Shown: piece by piece, positions 44,281 through 55,169 of the stretch
Layout of the letters: every line of letters begins with the position of its first letter
How positions within the stretch are numbered: the first letter of the stretch is position 1
Assembly (NCBI RefSeq): GCF_028368995.1
Contig: NZ_JAQNDL010000001.1
Coordinates: 4,064,001-4,128,000, forward strand
Origin: Nannocystis bainbridge
GTDB lineage: Bacteria > Myxococcota_A > Polyangia > Nannocystales > Nannocystaceae
Direction of reading: 5' to 3'
DNA length: 64,000 bases
Notes under the pieces: generated by a model
What the model was told of the DNA's origin: nothing
The model's input: the letters and a program-made list of their open reading frames with translations, nothing else
The model's database searches: none
Program-made: the position numbers and the translations under genes

Positions 44281-44892
44281 ATGGGTCTCGACTACCGCTT
44301 CGAGTTCATCGCCCCGCGCAGCGGCGCCGACGCTCTGCTGACCGCGCTCGCCGACCACGTCGAGGACGCCTACGCCCGCCGCCTGCGCGCCTGCTTGCCG
44401 TGGTCACCCAACACCCCGCACCAGGTGAACGCCGGCGTTCACGGCCTCCCGCCTGCCTTCGACATCCCCAACCATTACGACCTCGTCGTCATGGTCCCCG
44501 TCGACCCCGACGTCCGGCGCTACTTCGAAAGCTACCATGAGCCGCTCGCGCGCCACGTCCGGGACGGCAAGGCCGGCATCGGCCTCGTGTACATGTCGCT
44601 GCATGCCGGCCCGCGCTACGTCGCCCTCAAACTTTCGGCCGCGAGCAGCGGCATGAGTCGACTGTTCGCCGGGTCCGGCAGCGTTCGTCGGATCATGACC
44701 TCGCTCGCCGCCGCCGCGCGGGTGCACGCCGCCTTCCTCGACACCGAGGACGGCGACCGCTGGGAGCTGCTGTTCCCGCGACCTTCAGCCCTGACGGCGT
44801 CCCTATCGGTCTCACGGCCCCCCGCCGACCCGGAGGACCCGGCAGACTTCGACGCCTACTGCGACCTCGCCCTCGATCTCGCCGGCCTCTGA
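44281..44892 (+). CDS. Hypothetical protein
   Basis: 203-aa ORF with host-like codon usage 30 bp after the OLD gene. Confidence 0.65.
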   Translation: MGLDYRFEFIAPRSGADALLTALADHVEDAYARRLRACLPWSPNTPHQVNAGVHGLPPAFDIPNHYDLVVMVPVDPDVRRYFESYHEPLARHVRDGKAGIGLVYMSLHAGPRYVALKLSAASSGMSRLFAGSGSVRRIMTSLAAAARVHAAFLDTEDGDRWELLFPRPSALTASLSVSRPPADPEDPADFDAYCDLALDLAGL

Positions 44893-44901
44893 CGATTCCG
44901 C

Positions 44902-44939
44902 AAACATGCATCTCCAGACATGTCCCCATGGACATGTCC
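44902..44939. repeat. 14-bp-phased CATG array (3 units)
   Basis: CATG at 44905, 44919, 44933. Confidence 0.8.
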
Positions 44940-45041
44940 TTGGATGCTCCCGCTTCCCCGCGGAGCCCGCCGCGCCGGCGCCGTTGCCGGACTCGCTTCC
45001 AATTAAATATCTCATGGTGAGTCCACCGCATCGTATGGAGC

Positions 45042-45737
45042 ATGCTGCCGCTCGTGCTTGCCGCGGCTAGGCCGCCGGCCATGGTTCACGTCGCCATGTA
45101 CGACGCCTCGCGTGCCATCGATCTCAGCACGCTGCTCGAGCACGCCGACCACCTGGTGCGGCGGCTCGTCACCGGCCGCGGGCACTTGCGGCGGTGCGGC
45201 GGCGACGGCGTCGGCGCCATGTGGCCTGTCCTCGAGGACACCCAGGGTCGCCGCCTGCGCGTCACCCCGTGGTTGCCCATGGACAATTATTCGCCGCGCC
45301 TCGCCGGCCCGGGCGGTCGGCATCCTCGCGGCCTGCGCGACTTCTTCGGCCACGACGTCCTCCTCACCGGCGTGCTCGAGCGCGACGCTGACGGCGAGCT
45401 CGTGCTCGTCGCCAGGCGGGCTCAGGTCGTCCGCGAGCTGCACCTGCGGCGCCTCGACGCCGCCCAGCTCGCCGCGATCGCCGGCGTCGGCGGCGAGGGC
45501 ACCGTCGGTTACGGCGCGCTCGCCGGGGAGCTCATCATCGACGGCGGCGATCAGCTGCGGCTCGTCACTGCCGACCGCGGCGGCCCGTGCGAGGTCAGCT
45601 TCACCCTCGACGTCCTGCGCCGCGACGACCTCGTGCTCGGGCGCCCGATCCTCGTCCACGGCCTGATCCGCAAGGCCACCCCATGGCTCGGCGCCATCCG
45701 CCGCGCCGCCCTCGCCGTCGACGCTCCCGCTCTCTGA
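45042..45737 (+). CDS. Hypothetical protein
   Basis: 231-aa ORF with GC-biased codons; start uncertain. Confidence 0.5.
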   Translation: MLPLVLAAARPPAMVHVAMYDASRAIDLSTLLEHADHLVRRLVTGRGHLRRCGGDGVGAMWPVLEDTQGRRLRVTPWLPMDNYSPRLAGPGGRHPRGLRDFFGHDVLLTGVLERDADGELVLVARRAQVVRELHLRRLDAAQLAAIAGVGGEGTVGYGALAGELIIDGGDQLRLVTADRGGPCEVSFTLDVLRRDDLVLGRPILVHGLIRKATPWLGAIRRAALAVDAPAL

Positions 45738-45923
45738 AAGCGATCGCGCCCGGCTCGCTCGAGCCGCGGTGCTCGAGATCAAACGGTCGCATCCGCTCCG
45801 GTCGACAAATCAGGATCGCGCCGCCCTGGATCCCGCGCTGTTGGCCGGACCCGGACGATTTCGCGCCTCGCTCTCCTGGCAAATCCGCCTGCTCTCGCCG
45901 CCATCGGGCATGCTGGTGGCGAC

Positions 45924-46850
45924 ATGCCGGTCTCATTCGGCCGCTCCGTGCTCCTGCTCGCCGCGTTCGCCTCCTGCTCGCCGCGGCCGCACGCCTTCGA
46001 GGACAGCGCCGGCGACACCACGGGCTCGCCTGCCACAACGAGCACGAGCACGACCGGCATGCATCTCACTTCCACAAGCGCGGGCGAGCCCACGTCCGGC
46101 ACCTCAGGCGAAGGCACCTCGAGCACCTCCACCAGTGACGACCCCGTCTTCATCGCTCCGCCCGACCTCGGCGACGGCCCGCCGGAGTGCGACCCGTGGG
46201 TGCCCGCATGTCCCGAAGGACAGAAGTGCATGCCGTACTCCGGTGACGGCGACAGCGCCTGGGAGAGCTGGGGCTGCTTTGAAAAAGTCCCCGACCCCGA
46301 CCTGCTCGGCGAGCCGTGCACCAACTTCGGCGACGTCAGCGGCCTCGACTCCTGCGACGCGGGCCACATCTGCTGGGTCACCGAAGCAGAGCCTCCTGGC
46401 AGCACCTGCATCGCCATGTGCACCGGCTCCCCCGAAGCTCCGCAATGCGCCGATCCGCTGACCACCTGCAACATCGCCGCCGATTACGCCGTCATCCTCT
46501 GCCTGCCGATGTGCGACCCGCTGCTGCAAGACTGCAGGGGCACCGACCTGTGCATCCCGAAGTGGCCCTGGACCGAAGCGAGCGAATTCACCTGCGCTCT
46601 GGACGCCAGCGGCGACGAGGGTCAGGTCTTCGACCCGTGCGAGTACGGCAACGAATGTGATCTCGGCCTCCTCTGTCACCCTTCCGCTCTGGCCGACGAG
46701 TGCGACCCGCGGGCCACCGGTTGTTGCCTCCCTTTCTGCGACGTCACCCAGCCGAACAGTTGCCCCGGCGCGGGTCAGGAGTGCGTCTCCTGGTACGAAC
46801 CCGACGCTGCGCCGCCACTCGACGCCATCGGCACCTGCCGCCTGCCCTAG
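45924..46850 (+). CDS. Cys-rich lipoprotein (paralog 1)
   Basis: FASC lipobox, Thr linker, ECDPW...CPEGQKC.P, CTGS...P.C, GCCLPFCD. Confidence 0.8.
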   Translation: MPVSFGRSVLLLAAFASCSPRPHAFEDSAGDTTGSPATTSTSTTGMHLTSTSAGEPTSGTSGEGTSSTSTSDDPVFIAPPDLGDGPPECDPWVPACPEGQKCMPYSGDGDSAWESWGCFEKVPDPDLLGEPCTNFGDVSGLDSCDAGHICWVTEAEPPGSTCIAMCTGSPEAPQCADPLTTCNIAADYAVILCLPMCDPLLQDCRGTDLCIPKWPWTEASEFTCALDASGDEGQVFDPCEYGNECDLGLLCHPSALADECDPRATGCCLPFCDVTQPNSCPGAGQECVSWYEPDAAPPLDAIGTCRLP

Positions 46851-46927
46851 CTCCGACCTCGCGCAGGCCCACTCCAGGACCCTTGCGCGAGCCTTCGCCC
46901 CGCCGCCTCGCTGCTACTCTTGCTGCG

Positions 46928-47827
46928 ATGTCGAGGCGCCCCTCTCGAAGCTTCGCGCTCGCGCTGCTCGGCCTGCACGCGTGCGGCACCGGCCCGGCCG
47001 GGCAGGTCGGCGAGGGCACCGGCTCCGTCATCCTCTCCGACTCGACCACGGCCGCCACCACCGGCTCGACCACCCATCTTTCCAGCACTGACCCGACCGA
47101 GGGCTCCTTCATCGCCCGCCCCGACGCCGCTGCCATCGTCGAGTGCGACCTCTTTTTGCAGGACTGTCTCGAAGGACAGAAGTGCACCGCCCTGAGCGGC
47201 GACGGCGACGGCCGCCTCGACACCTTCCGCTGCGTCCCCGTGGCCCGCGATCCCGACGCTCCGGGCCAGCCGTGCGCGACCGGCGAGCGCCCGCTCGACG
47301 GCCACGACTCCTGCGCCGCCGGATCGATCTGCCACGAGCAGGCCGCCGATCCCGCTGACCGCGTCTGCGTCTCGTTCTGCACCGGCAGCCCCGACGACCC
47401 CGGCTGTCCGCCGCAGGGCCTCTCTGCCTGCAGCACCGCCCATTGGTGCTCGATCTTCGCCTCAGGCCTCTCGGTCTGCCTGCCCGGCTGCGACCCGCTC
47501 CGCGACCCCTGCCCTGGCTCCCAGGTGTGCGCCCCGCTCGCGCTGGGCCTCGGCTTCATCTTCGAGTGCCTGCCCGACATCTCCGGCAGCACCGGCGCAT
47601 TCGCTGACGGCTGCAACGAGAGCAGCGAGTGCGACCCCGGCCTGCACTGCGACGAACCGAGCGCCGCGCTCGAGTGTGATCCAAAGGTCGCCGGCTGCTG
47701 CGTGCCCTGGTGCGACCTCACCAAGGCTTCGGCGTGCCCGGGCGCGGGTCAGACCTGCCAGCCGTTCTACGATGACGGCGAGGCCCCGGAATGCTTGCAC
47801 CTCGGCGTCTGCCGCCTGCCGTCGTGA
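46928..47827 (+). CDS. Cys-rich lipoprotein (paralog 2)
   Basis: LHAC lipobox; same Cys spacing as the upstream gene; ends GVCRLPS. Confidence 0.8.
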   Translation: MSRRPSRSFALALLGLHACGTGPAGQVGEGTGSVILSDSTTAATTGSTTHLSSTDPTEGSFIARPDAAAIVECDLFLQDCLEGQKCTALSGDGDGRLDTFRCVPVARDPDAPGQPCATGERPLDGHDSCAAGSICHEQAADPADRVCVSFCTGSPDDPGCPPQGLSACSTAHWCSIFASGLSVCLPGCDPLRDPCPGSQVCAPLALGLGFIFECLPDISGSTGAFADGCNESSECDPGLHCDEPSAALECDPKVAGCCVPWCDLTKASACPGAGQTCQPFYDDGEAPECLHLGVCRLPS

Positions 47828-47845
47828 CGAAGAAACATCATGCTA

Positions 47846-47951
47846 CGACATGACCGAAAGGTCATATCGTATTATCAGAAATTCATATCACGTTCCGATG
47901 GACATGTTCCTTGGTTTATGTCCATCTGGACATGCCCCGAAGGGCATGTCC
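47846..47951. repeat. 14-bp-phased CATG array (5 units plus a pair)
   Basis: CACG 47889, CATG 47903, TATG 47917, CATG 47931, CATG 47945; also CATG 47849/CATA 47863; between convergent genes, AT-rich. Confidence 0.85.
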
Positions 47952-47967
47952 AAACATTGCACGACTG

Positions 47968-49389
47968 CTACTGCGGCGACTTCGGCCACTCGGAATGAAC
48001 AAACACCCCGGGCGCGTCGACGCGCTCGTACGTGTGGCTGCCGAAGTAATCGCGCTGAGCCTGGATGAGCGAAGCGCTGCCGCGCGACTGCGTGAGCGTG
48101 TCGAACCACGCCAGCGACGCCGAGAGCCCGGGGATCGGCAGCCCCGCCGCCGCGGCCGCCGCGACCACGCGCCGCCAGCCGGGCAGGCGGCGGGCCACGT
48201 CGGCCACGAAGTCGGGCGCGAGCATCAGCAGCTCGGGCTTGTCGGTCTGCGTGAACGCGGCCCGGATCCGCTCGAGGAACACCGCGCGGATGATGCAGCC
48301 GCCGGTCCAGATCCGCGCGATCTCCCCCAGGTTGGTCCCGTAGTCGCGGGCCTCGCTGGCCGCCTGCAGCAGGGCGAAGCCCTGCGTGTAGCTGGCGATC
48401 TTGCTGGCGTACAGCGCGTCGCGCAGGTCGTCGGCCGACACGCCCTGGATCGCCCCGCGGACCGGCTGCAGCGCCGCCTCGGCGCGCGTGCGCAGGTCCT
48501 TCGCGGACGACAGCAGGCGCGCGTCGACGGCCGCGGCGATGGTCGGGATCGCTACCCCGTGCTCGGCCGCCGCCACCACCGTCCACTTGCCGGTGCCCTT
48601 CTGCCCCGCGCGGTCGAGCACCGCGTCGATCAGCAGCGCCCCCGCCGTCTGCGGGTCAGGCACGCGCAGGATGTCGGCGGTGATCTCGATCAGGTAGCTC
48701 TCGAGCTCGCCGCGGTTCCAGCCGGCGAACGTGTCGGCGACCTGTCCCCAGGGCCAGCCCAGGCCCGCGCGCATCAGCGCCGTGACCTCGGCGATCAGCT
48801 GCATGTCGCCGTACTCGATGCCGTTGTGGACCATCTTGACGAAGTGCCCGGCCGAGCCGCGCCCGCAGTAGGTCACGCACACGCCCGACGCGCTGCGGGC
48901 CGCGATCGCCTCGAGCGGCGGGCGCAGGCGCTCCCACGCGTAGCGGTCGCCGCCCGGCATGATCGACGGACCGAGCAGCGCGCCCTCCGAGCCGCCCGAC
49001 ACGCCCATGCCGACGAACCGCCACGGCCGCCCCTCCGCGCGCGCGACCCGGCGGTCGGTGTCGGCGTAGAGGCTGTTGCCGCCGTCGACGACGATGTCGC
49101 CGTCCTCGAGCAGCGGGTCGAGCTGGTCGAGCACCGCGTCGACCGCCGGCCCGGCGTTGACCATCAGCACGATCCGCCGCGGCCGCTCGAGCATCTTCAC
49201 CAGCTCGGCCACGTCCTCGGCGATGCGCAGGTGCGCCTCCGGGTGCGCCGCCGCCAGCGCGTGCGCGTGCTCGACGGTGCGTTGATAGCCCGCCACGCGC
49301 AGCCCGCGGCTGGCGAAGTTGCGGGCGAGGTTGCCGCCCATGACGCCGAGGCCGACCACGGCCAGATCGCACAGCCCTGTTTCACTCAT
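47968..49389 (-). CDS. gnd: 6-phosphogluconate dehydrogenase (decarboxylating)
   Basis: GLGVMG, DGGN, GVSGG.EGA, HFVKMVHNGIEYGDMQ, QKGTGKW, QAQRDYFGSHTYER. Confidence 0.95.
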   Translation of the reverse strand: MSETGLCDLAVVGLGVMGGNLARNFASRGLRVAGYQRTVEHAHALAAAHPEAHLRIAEDVAELVKMLERPRRIVLMVNAGPAVDAVLDQLDPLLEDGDIVVDGGNSLYADTDRRVARAEGRPWRFVGMGVSGGSEGALLGPSIMPGGDRYAWERLRPPLEAIAARSASGVCVTYCGRGSAGHFVKMVHNGIEYGDMQLIAEVTALMRAGLGWPWGQVADTFAGWNRGELESYLIEITADILRVPDPQTAGALLIDAVLDRAGQKGTGKWTVVAAAEHGVAIPTIAAAVDARLLSSAKDLRTRAEAALQPVRGAIQGVSADDLRDALYASKIASYTQGFALLQAASEARDYGTNLGEIARIWTGGCIIRAVFLERIRAAFTQTDKPELLMLAPDFVADVARRLPGWRRVVAAAAAAGLPIPGLSASLAWFDTLTQSRGSASLIQAQRDYFGSHTYERVDAPGVFVHSEWPKSPQ

Positions 49390-50065
49390 CGCTCTCACCC
49401 TCCGAATCGATGTCGGTCGCAATCACGAGGCTTGCGAGCGCCGTCGTCGGCAGCCCGTCCTCGCGCTGAATCACTCGCCGCAGCGCGGCCCGCTTGCCCG
49501 TCCCCGCGGCCATCATCACCGCGTGCGGCGTCGCCTGCAGCACCGGCAGCGTCAGGCTCATCCGTCGCGGCGGCGGCTTCGGGCTGTCCGCCACGAACAC
49601 CGCCGCCCCCGTCGCCTGCAGCGCCGCGTGCCCGGGGAACAGCGACGCCACGTGCCCGTCCTCGCCGAGCCCCAGCAGCGCCACGTCGAGCCCGCCCGCG
49701 AACTCGCGCGCGAACGCCCGCTCGAACCGCGCCACCGCCCGCGCCGGATCGTCGTCGTCGTCGGCCCACAGCGGCAGCGCCGAGGCCGGCGGCGGCAGCC
49801 CGAGCCGCAGGTAGCCCCCGCGGTTGCTGCCCTCGTCGCTGGCCGGCACGCAGCGCTCGTCGACCCACGTGAGCTGCACTCTCGACCATGTCCCTTTCGA
49901 CAGGTCCTCGAGGACATGTGGCAGCACCGCCAGCGCCGAGCCGCCGGGGATCGCCAGGCGGCACGCGCCGCGCTCGGCGTCGACGCGGGCGATCGCGCGG
50001 GCCAGGCGCTCCGCCGCGACCTCGGCCGGCCGCGGCGACCGCAAGATCTCGAGCTGCGGCGTCAT
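49382..50065 (-). CDS. pgl: 6-phosphogluconolactonase
   Basis: [40 protein letters not shown]. Confidence 0.92.
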   Translation of the reverse strand: MTPQLEILRSPRPAEVAAERLARAIARVDAERGACRLAIPGGSALAVLPHVLEDLSKGTWSRVQLTWVDERCVPASDEGSNRGGYLRLGLPPPASALPLWADDDDDPARAVARFERAFAREFAGGLDVALLGLGEDGHVASLFPGHAALQATGAAVFVADSPKPPPRRMSLTLPVLQATPHAVMMAAGTGKRAALRRVIQREDGLPTTALASLVIATDIDSEGESDE

Positions 50066-51588
50066 CCTTCCGACCATCCGCCCTCGCAGCCGTTGAACAG
50101 CTCGTCGGCCGCTTCCGGGCCCCACGAGCCGGCCGAGTATTGCGCCGGCGGCGGCGCGTCGGGCCGGTCCCATGCGCCGCGGAACGCGTCGGCGAACCGC
50201 CAGCTGGCCTCGATCTCGTCGGCGTGGAGGAACAGCGTCTGGTCGCCCGTCATCGCGTCGAGCAGCAGGCGCTCGTAGGCCGGCGCGGTGCGGTCGCCGA
50301 AGCGCTCGCGGTAGTCGAAGTCGAGCTCGGCCGGGGCCATCACCATCGCCGCGCCCGGGCGCTTGACCCCGAACGCCAGGCGGATCGCCTCGCGCGGCTG
50401 GATCGACATCGTCAGCGCGTTGGGGCGGATCTGGCACAGGTCGCCCTGGCGCAGCCGCTCGCGAAATTCGTCGTCGGAGATGCCCTCGGGGCGGTTGAAA
50501 AGCTGCACCGGCGGCACGCGGAACTGGATCCGCACCTCGGTGAATTTCTTCGGCAGGCGCTTGCCGTGGCGCAGCAGGATCGGCACCCCGGCCCACCGCC
50601 ACGAGTCGCACTCGGCCCGGATCGCCACGTACGTCTCGGTGCGCGAGTCGGCCGGCACGCCCTCCTCGGCGTGATAGCCCGGCACCTTCTTGTCGGCGAC
50701 CTTGCCCGCCTTGTACTGCCCGCGCACCGAGTAGCGCTGCGCGTGCTCCGGCCCGGGCACGTGCAGGCTGCGCAGGAACTGGACCTTCTGCCCGCGGATC
50801 GCCGCCGCTTCGAGCGAGCTCGGCGGCTCCATCATCACCAGCGCCAGCACCTGCAACATGTGATTCTGCAGCATGTCGCGCAGCGCGCCCGTCGAGTCGT
50901 AGTAGGCCGCCCGCCCGCGCTCCATCCCCAGGTCCTCGGCCACCGTGACCTGCACGTGCTCGACGTGGTGCCGGTTCCACAGCGGCTCGAAGATCGCGTT
51001 GTGGAAGCGGAACCCGAGCAGGTTCTGCACCGTCTCTTTCCCGAGGTAGTGGTCGATGCGGTAGATCTGCTCCTCGCGCAGCGACTCGTGCAGCTGCCGG
51101 TTGAGCGCCGCCGCCGACGCCAGGTCGTGGCCGAACGGCTTCTCCACCACCACCCGCCGCCACGCGCAGGTCTCGTCGGCGCGCACGTGCAGCAGCCCGC
51201 CGACCGACAGCAGCGCGACCGTGGGCGCGAACAATTCTGGCTTCAAAGACAGGTAGAACAGCCGGCCCGCGTCGCGCCCGCCGGGCAGCTCGTCGAGCCG
51301 CCGCGACAGGCGGTCGAGATCTTCGGGGTTGCCGACGTCGCCCTGCAGATAGTGGACGCGCGGCGCGAGGGCCTCGAAGTCGGCGCGCTGCTCTTCGGGC
51401 ATGGCCTCGCGGATCTGCTGGCGATAGGTCTCGTCGTCCATCGGCCGGCGAGCGACCCCGAGCACGTGGAAGCCGCCGCTCGGGCGACCGCGGGCGGCCA
51501 GACTGGTGAGGGCGGGCATCAGCTTGCGCAGCGTGAGGTCGCCGCTCGCGCCGAAGATCACGACGTGCGCCGGAGGAGAGGAGGGCAT
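50062..51588 (-). CDS. zwf: Glucose-6-phosphate 1-dehydrogenase
   Basis: [34 protein letters not shown]. Confidence 0.95.
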   Translation of the reverse strand: MPSSPPAHVVIFGASGDLTLRKLMPALTSLAARGRPSGGFHVLGVARRPMDDETYRQQIREAMPEEQRADFEALAPRVHYLQGDVGNPEDLDRLSRRLDELPGGRDAGRLFYLSLKPELFAPTVALLSVGGLLHVRADETCAWRRVVVEKPFGHDLASAAALNRQLHESLREEQIYRIDHYLGKETVQNLLGFRFHNAIFEPLWNRHHVEHVQVTVAEDLGMERGRAAYYDSTGALRDMLQNHMLQVLALVMMEPPSSLEAAAIRGQKVQFLRSLHVPGPEHAQRYSVRGQYKAGKVADKKVPGYHAEEGVPADSRTETYVAIRAECDSWRWAGVPILLRHGKRLPKKFTEVRIQFRVPPVQLFNRPEGISDDEFRERLRQGDLCQIRPNALTMSIQPREAIRLAFGVKRPGAAMVMAPAELDFDYRERFGDRTAPAYERLLLDAMTGDQTLFLHADEIEASWRFADAFRGAWDRPDAPPPAQYSAGSWGPEAADELFNGCEGGWSEG

Positions 51589-51679
51589 GGGGCGCGGCAA
51601 TGGTAGCCCGCATCGCCGCGCGCGGCAGCCCCCGCGCCGGGCGGCCGGGGCCGGCTCGCGTGGTACATTGGCGCGCGCC

Positions 51680-54364
51680 ATGGATCCGGAGCGCCAGCGC
51701 CAAGCCGAACAACGCCGCCGAGAGCGGCGCTGGGACCTGTTCGGGCCCTACCTCGCAGAACGCGCGTGGGCCACCGTGCGCGAGGATTACAGCGACGACG
51801 GCGACGTCTGGCGCTACTTCCCCCACGACCACGCGCGCTCGCGGGCCTACCGGTGGAACGAGGACGGCCTCCTCGGCATCAGCGACGAGCACCAGCGGCT
51901 GTGCTTCGCCCTGGCGCTGTGGAACGAGCGCGACCCGATCTTGAAGGAGCGGCTGTTCGGGGTCACCGGGCCGCAGGGGAATCACGGCGAGGACGTCAAG
52001 GAGGTCTACTTCTACCTCGACAACACGCCAACCCATAGCTACATGCGGGCGCTTTACAAGTACCCGCAGGCGGCGTTCCCGTACGAGCGCCTGCTCGCCG
52101 AGAACGCCCGCCGCCGCCGTGACGAGCCCGAGTTCGAGCTGGTCGACACCGGCGTGTTCGACGGCGGCCGCTACTTCGACGTGTTCGTCGAGTACGCCAA
52201 GGCCGGCCCGACCGACATCCTCGTTCAGATCACCGCGCACAACCGCGGCCCCGATCCGGCCCCGCTGCACCTGCTGCCGACGCTGTGGTTCCGCAACACC
52301 TGGGCCTGGTCCGACGACCCGCGCGTCCCCACCCTCACCCCGGCCCCGCGCCCCGACGGCCTGCCCGCGCTGGTCGCCGAGCACCGCGAGCTCGGCGAAC
52401 TGTGGTTCGTCAGCGAGGCCCCCGGCGCCCTCCTCTTCACCGACAACGAGACCAACGCCGCGCGCCTGTTCGGCGCCGACAACCGCACCCCGCACGTCAA
52501 GGACGCCTTCCACCGCCACGTCGTCGACGGTGAGTCCGGCGTGCTCGCGGCGGCCGGCACCAAGTCGGCCGTCCACCTGCGCGCCGTCGTCGCTCCCGGC
52601 GCGAGCTGGACGGTCCGCCTGCGCCTGTCCCCAAAGACAGCATCACCACAGTGCCCCGACGAGCCGGTCCTGGACCCCGAGCTCGCCGCCCCGTTCGCCG
52701 ACTTCGACGCCTTGATGCGAGCTCGCCGGGCCGAGGCCGACACGTTCTACGACGGCGTGCGCGCCGACATGACGGTCGACGAGCGGCAGGTGTTCCGCCA
52801 GGCGATCGCCGGCCTGCTGTGGTCCAAGCAGTTCTACCACTACGTCGTGCGCGACTGGCTCGCCGGCGACCCGGCTCAGCCGCCGCCGCCGCGCGAGCGG
52901 ACGCGCGGGCGCAACACCGACTGGCGGCACCTCTACAACCACCACGTCCTGTCGATGCCCGACACCTGGGAGTACCCGTGGTACGCGGCCTGGGACCTGG
53001 CGTTCCACTGCATCCCGCTGGCGCTGGTCGACCCCGAGTTCGCCAAGTCGCAGCTCGACCTGCTGACGCGCGAGTGGTTTCTGCACCCGAACGGGGCCAT
53101 GCCCGCGTACGAGTGGAACTTCAGCGACGTGAACCCGCCGGTGTTCGCGTGGGCGACCTGGCGGGTCTACAAGATCGAGCAGCGCCACGGCGGCAAGGGC
53201 GACCGCGCCTTCCTCGAGGCGATGTTCCACAAGTTGCTGCTGCACTTCACCTGGTGGGTCAACCGCAAGGACTCGGCCGGCAAGAACATCTTCCAGGGCG
53301 GCTTCCTCGGGCTCGACAACATCGGCGTGTTCGACCGCAGCGCCGGCCTCCCGAGCGGCGGCGTGCTCGAGCAGAGCGACGCCACCGCGTGGATGGGCAT
53401 GTTCTCGCTCAACATGATGACGATGGCGCTCGAGCTGGCGCGCGAGAATCCCGTCTACGAGAAGATCGCCAGCAAGTTCTTCGAGCATTTCCTGTCGATC
53501 GCCGACGCCATGAACAACCTCGGCGGCGAGGGCATCGGCCTGTGGGACGACCAGGACGAGTTCTTCTACGACGTCCTGCACCTGCCTGATGGCCGCGCCC
53601 TCCGCTTGCGGGCGCGCTCGCTGGTCGGCCTGATCCCGCTGCTCGCCGTCGAGACCATCGAGCCGCTGCTGCTCGAGCAGATGCCTGGATTCCGCCACCG
53701 CCTCGAATGGTTCCTCGCCCACCGCCCCGACCTCGCGCGCCTGGTCTCGCGCTGGTACGAGCCGGGCGCCGGCGAGCGCCGCTTGCTCGCCCTCGTCCGC
53801 GGCAGCCGCATGAAGCGGCTCCTGCGGCGCATGCTCGATCCGGGCGAATTCCTGTCCGACTACGGCGTGCGCTCGATGAGCAAGATCCACGCGACCGAGC
53901 CGTACCGCCTGCACATCGACGGCGCCACCCTCTCGATCGGCTACGAGCCCGGCGAGTCGCAGACCGGCCTGTTCGGCGGCAACAGCAACTGGCGCGGCCC
54001 GGTGTGGTTCCCGATCAACTTCCTCCTGATCGAGGCGCTACAGAAGTTCCACCACTACTACTCCGACGACTTCCGCGTCGAGTGCCCGACCGGCTCCGGC
54101 CACTACCTGTCGATCCGCGAGATCGCCGACGAGCTGTCGCGCCGCCTCACCCGCATCTTCCTGCCCGACGCCAAAGGCCGCCGCCCTTACGCCGGCGACG
54201 ACCCGCGTCAGCACGACCCGCACTGGCGCGACCACCTGCTGTTCCACGAGTATTTCCACGGCGACACCGGCCAGGGCCTCGGCGCCAGCCACCAGACCGG
54301 CTGGACCGCCCTGGTCGCCAAGCTGCTGCTGCAGCAGTGCCCTCCGCCCGACGACGACCACTAG
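51680..54364 (+). CDS. MGH1-like/GH63 glucosidase
   Basis: [61 protein letters not shown]. Confidence 0.88.
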   Translation: MDPERQRQAEQRRRERRWDLFGPYLAERAWATVREDYSDDGDVWRYFPHDHARSRAYRWNEDGLLGISDEHQRLCFALALWNERDPILKERLFGVTGPQGNHGEDVKEVYFYLDNTPTHSYMRALYKYPQAAFPYERLLAENARRRRDEPEFELVDTGVFDGGRYFDVFVEYAKAGPTDILVQITAHNRGPDPAPLHLLPTLWFRNTWAWSDDPRVPTLTPAPRPDGLPALVAEHRELGELWFVSEAPGALLFTDNETNAARLFGADNRTPHVKDAFHRHVVDGESGVLAAAGTKSAVHLRAVVAPGASWTVRLRLSPKTASPQCPDEPVLDPELAAPFADFDALMRARRAEADTFYDGVRADMTVDERQVFRQAIAGLLWSKQFYHYVVRDWLAGDPAQPPPPRERTRGRNTDWRHLYNHHVLSMPDTWEYPWYAAWDLAFHCIPLALVDPEFAKSQLDLLTREWFLHPNGAMPAYEWNFSDVNPPVFAWATWRVYKIEQRHGGKGDRAFLEAMFHKLLLHFTWWVNRKDSAGKNIFQGGFLGLDNIGVFDRSAGLPSGGVLEQSDATAWMGMFSLNMMTMALELARENPVYEKIASKFFEHFLSIADAMNNLGGEGIGLWDDQDEFFYDVLHLPDGRALRLRARSLVGLIPLLAVETIEPLLLEQMPGFRHRLEWFLAHRPDLARLVSRWYEPGAGERRLLALVRGSRMKRLLRRMLDPGEFLSDYGVRSMSKIHATEPYRLHIDGATLSIGYEPGESQTGLFGGNSNWRGPVWFPINFLLIEALQKFHHYYSDDFRVECPTGSGHYLSIREIADELSRRLTRIFLPDAKGRRPYAGDDPRQHDPHWRDHLLFHEYFHGDTGQGLGASHQTGWTALVAKLLLQQCPPPDDDH

Positions 54365-54540
54365 GCCGCTTCGACGAAGACCTGGAAGCCGCCAGCGTCG
54401 CCGAGGTGCGCACGATCGCCGGCGCCTTCCACCGACCTCCGAGAACGCCCGAGCGCGCAGTCGATCGAGATCGCCGCGCCATCGATCCGTGAATCACAGC
54501 CCCTTGACGGCGCTGGCGCCGGCGGCCGATCGTGCGCGTC

Positions 54541-55074
54541 ATGCCGTTCCGGTGCCTTCTCTTGTCGCTCCTCGTCTCGGGATGCGCGACCCACTACCAG
54601 CTCGACGTCGTCGCTTCCGAGCCCGCGCGGCTGCCTCCCGGCATGTCCCCGCTCGACGCGTCGGCGTGCCCGTCGGCCGCGTGGCGGACGAGCTACGACT
54701 GGCGCGCGTCCCCCGACGATCGGCGCGGGCGTGGCAAGCCGGTGCGCGTCAGCAGCCGCTGCGCGGACCTCGCCACGCAGGCACAGGCGGGCAAGGTGGA
54801 GCTCGCCGGCGACGCAAAGATCGAGCTGACCGGCTCCGCGCGGGGCCCGGGCCCGGCGGAACATCGCATGCTTCAGGAGTTCAGCTTCGACGACGGGAGC
54901 GGCGTCGTCGACATTCGCGACACCAACGGCCGCCCACGCACGATCGGGCAGGTGAAGCGCATCGAATACCACAGCAACGTGGTGATCATCCGTGTAGCCG
55001 ACGGGTCCGGCTTCATCGTCGATCCGCAAGCGGTCCTCGGCGTGCACTGGAACGCCGACGCGGCGAAGAAGTGA
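54541..55074 (+). CDS. Hypothetical lipoprotein
   Basis: LLSLLVSGC lipobox. Confidence 0.65.
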   Translation: MPFRCLLLSLLVSGCATHYQLDVVASEPARLPPGMSPLDASACPSAAWRTSYDWRASPDDRRGRGKPVRVSSRCADLATQAQAGKVELAGDAKIELTGSARGPGPAEHRMLQEFSFDDGSGVVDIRDTNGRPRTIGQVKRIEYHSNVVIIRVADGSGFIVDPQAVLGVHWNADAAKK

Positions 55075-55099
55075 GCGCATCTCGAGCGATGCACTCGAA

Positions 55100-55123
55100 A
55101 GACATGCTCCAAGCGACATGTCT
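55100..55123. repeat. 14-bp-phased CATG pair
   Basis: CATG 55103/55117 between convergent genes. Confidence 0.7.
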
Positions 55124-55169
55124 CGCTCGCGTTCACGCAGGCGAGTGGCCCCGCGTCACCCGCCGAGCG

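Noticed and set aside
47846-47951. CATG arrays as a possible CRISPR array
   Set aside because: 14-bp period with 4-bp spacers is far too short, and there are no cas genes
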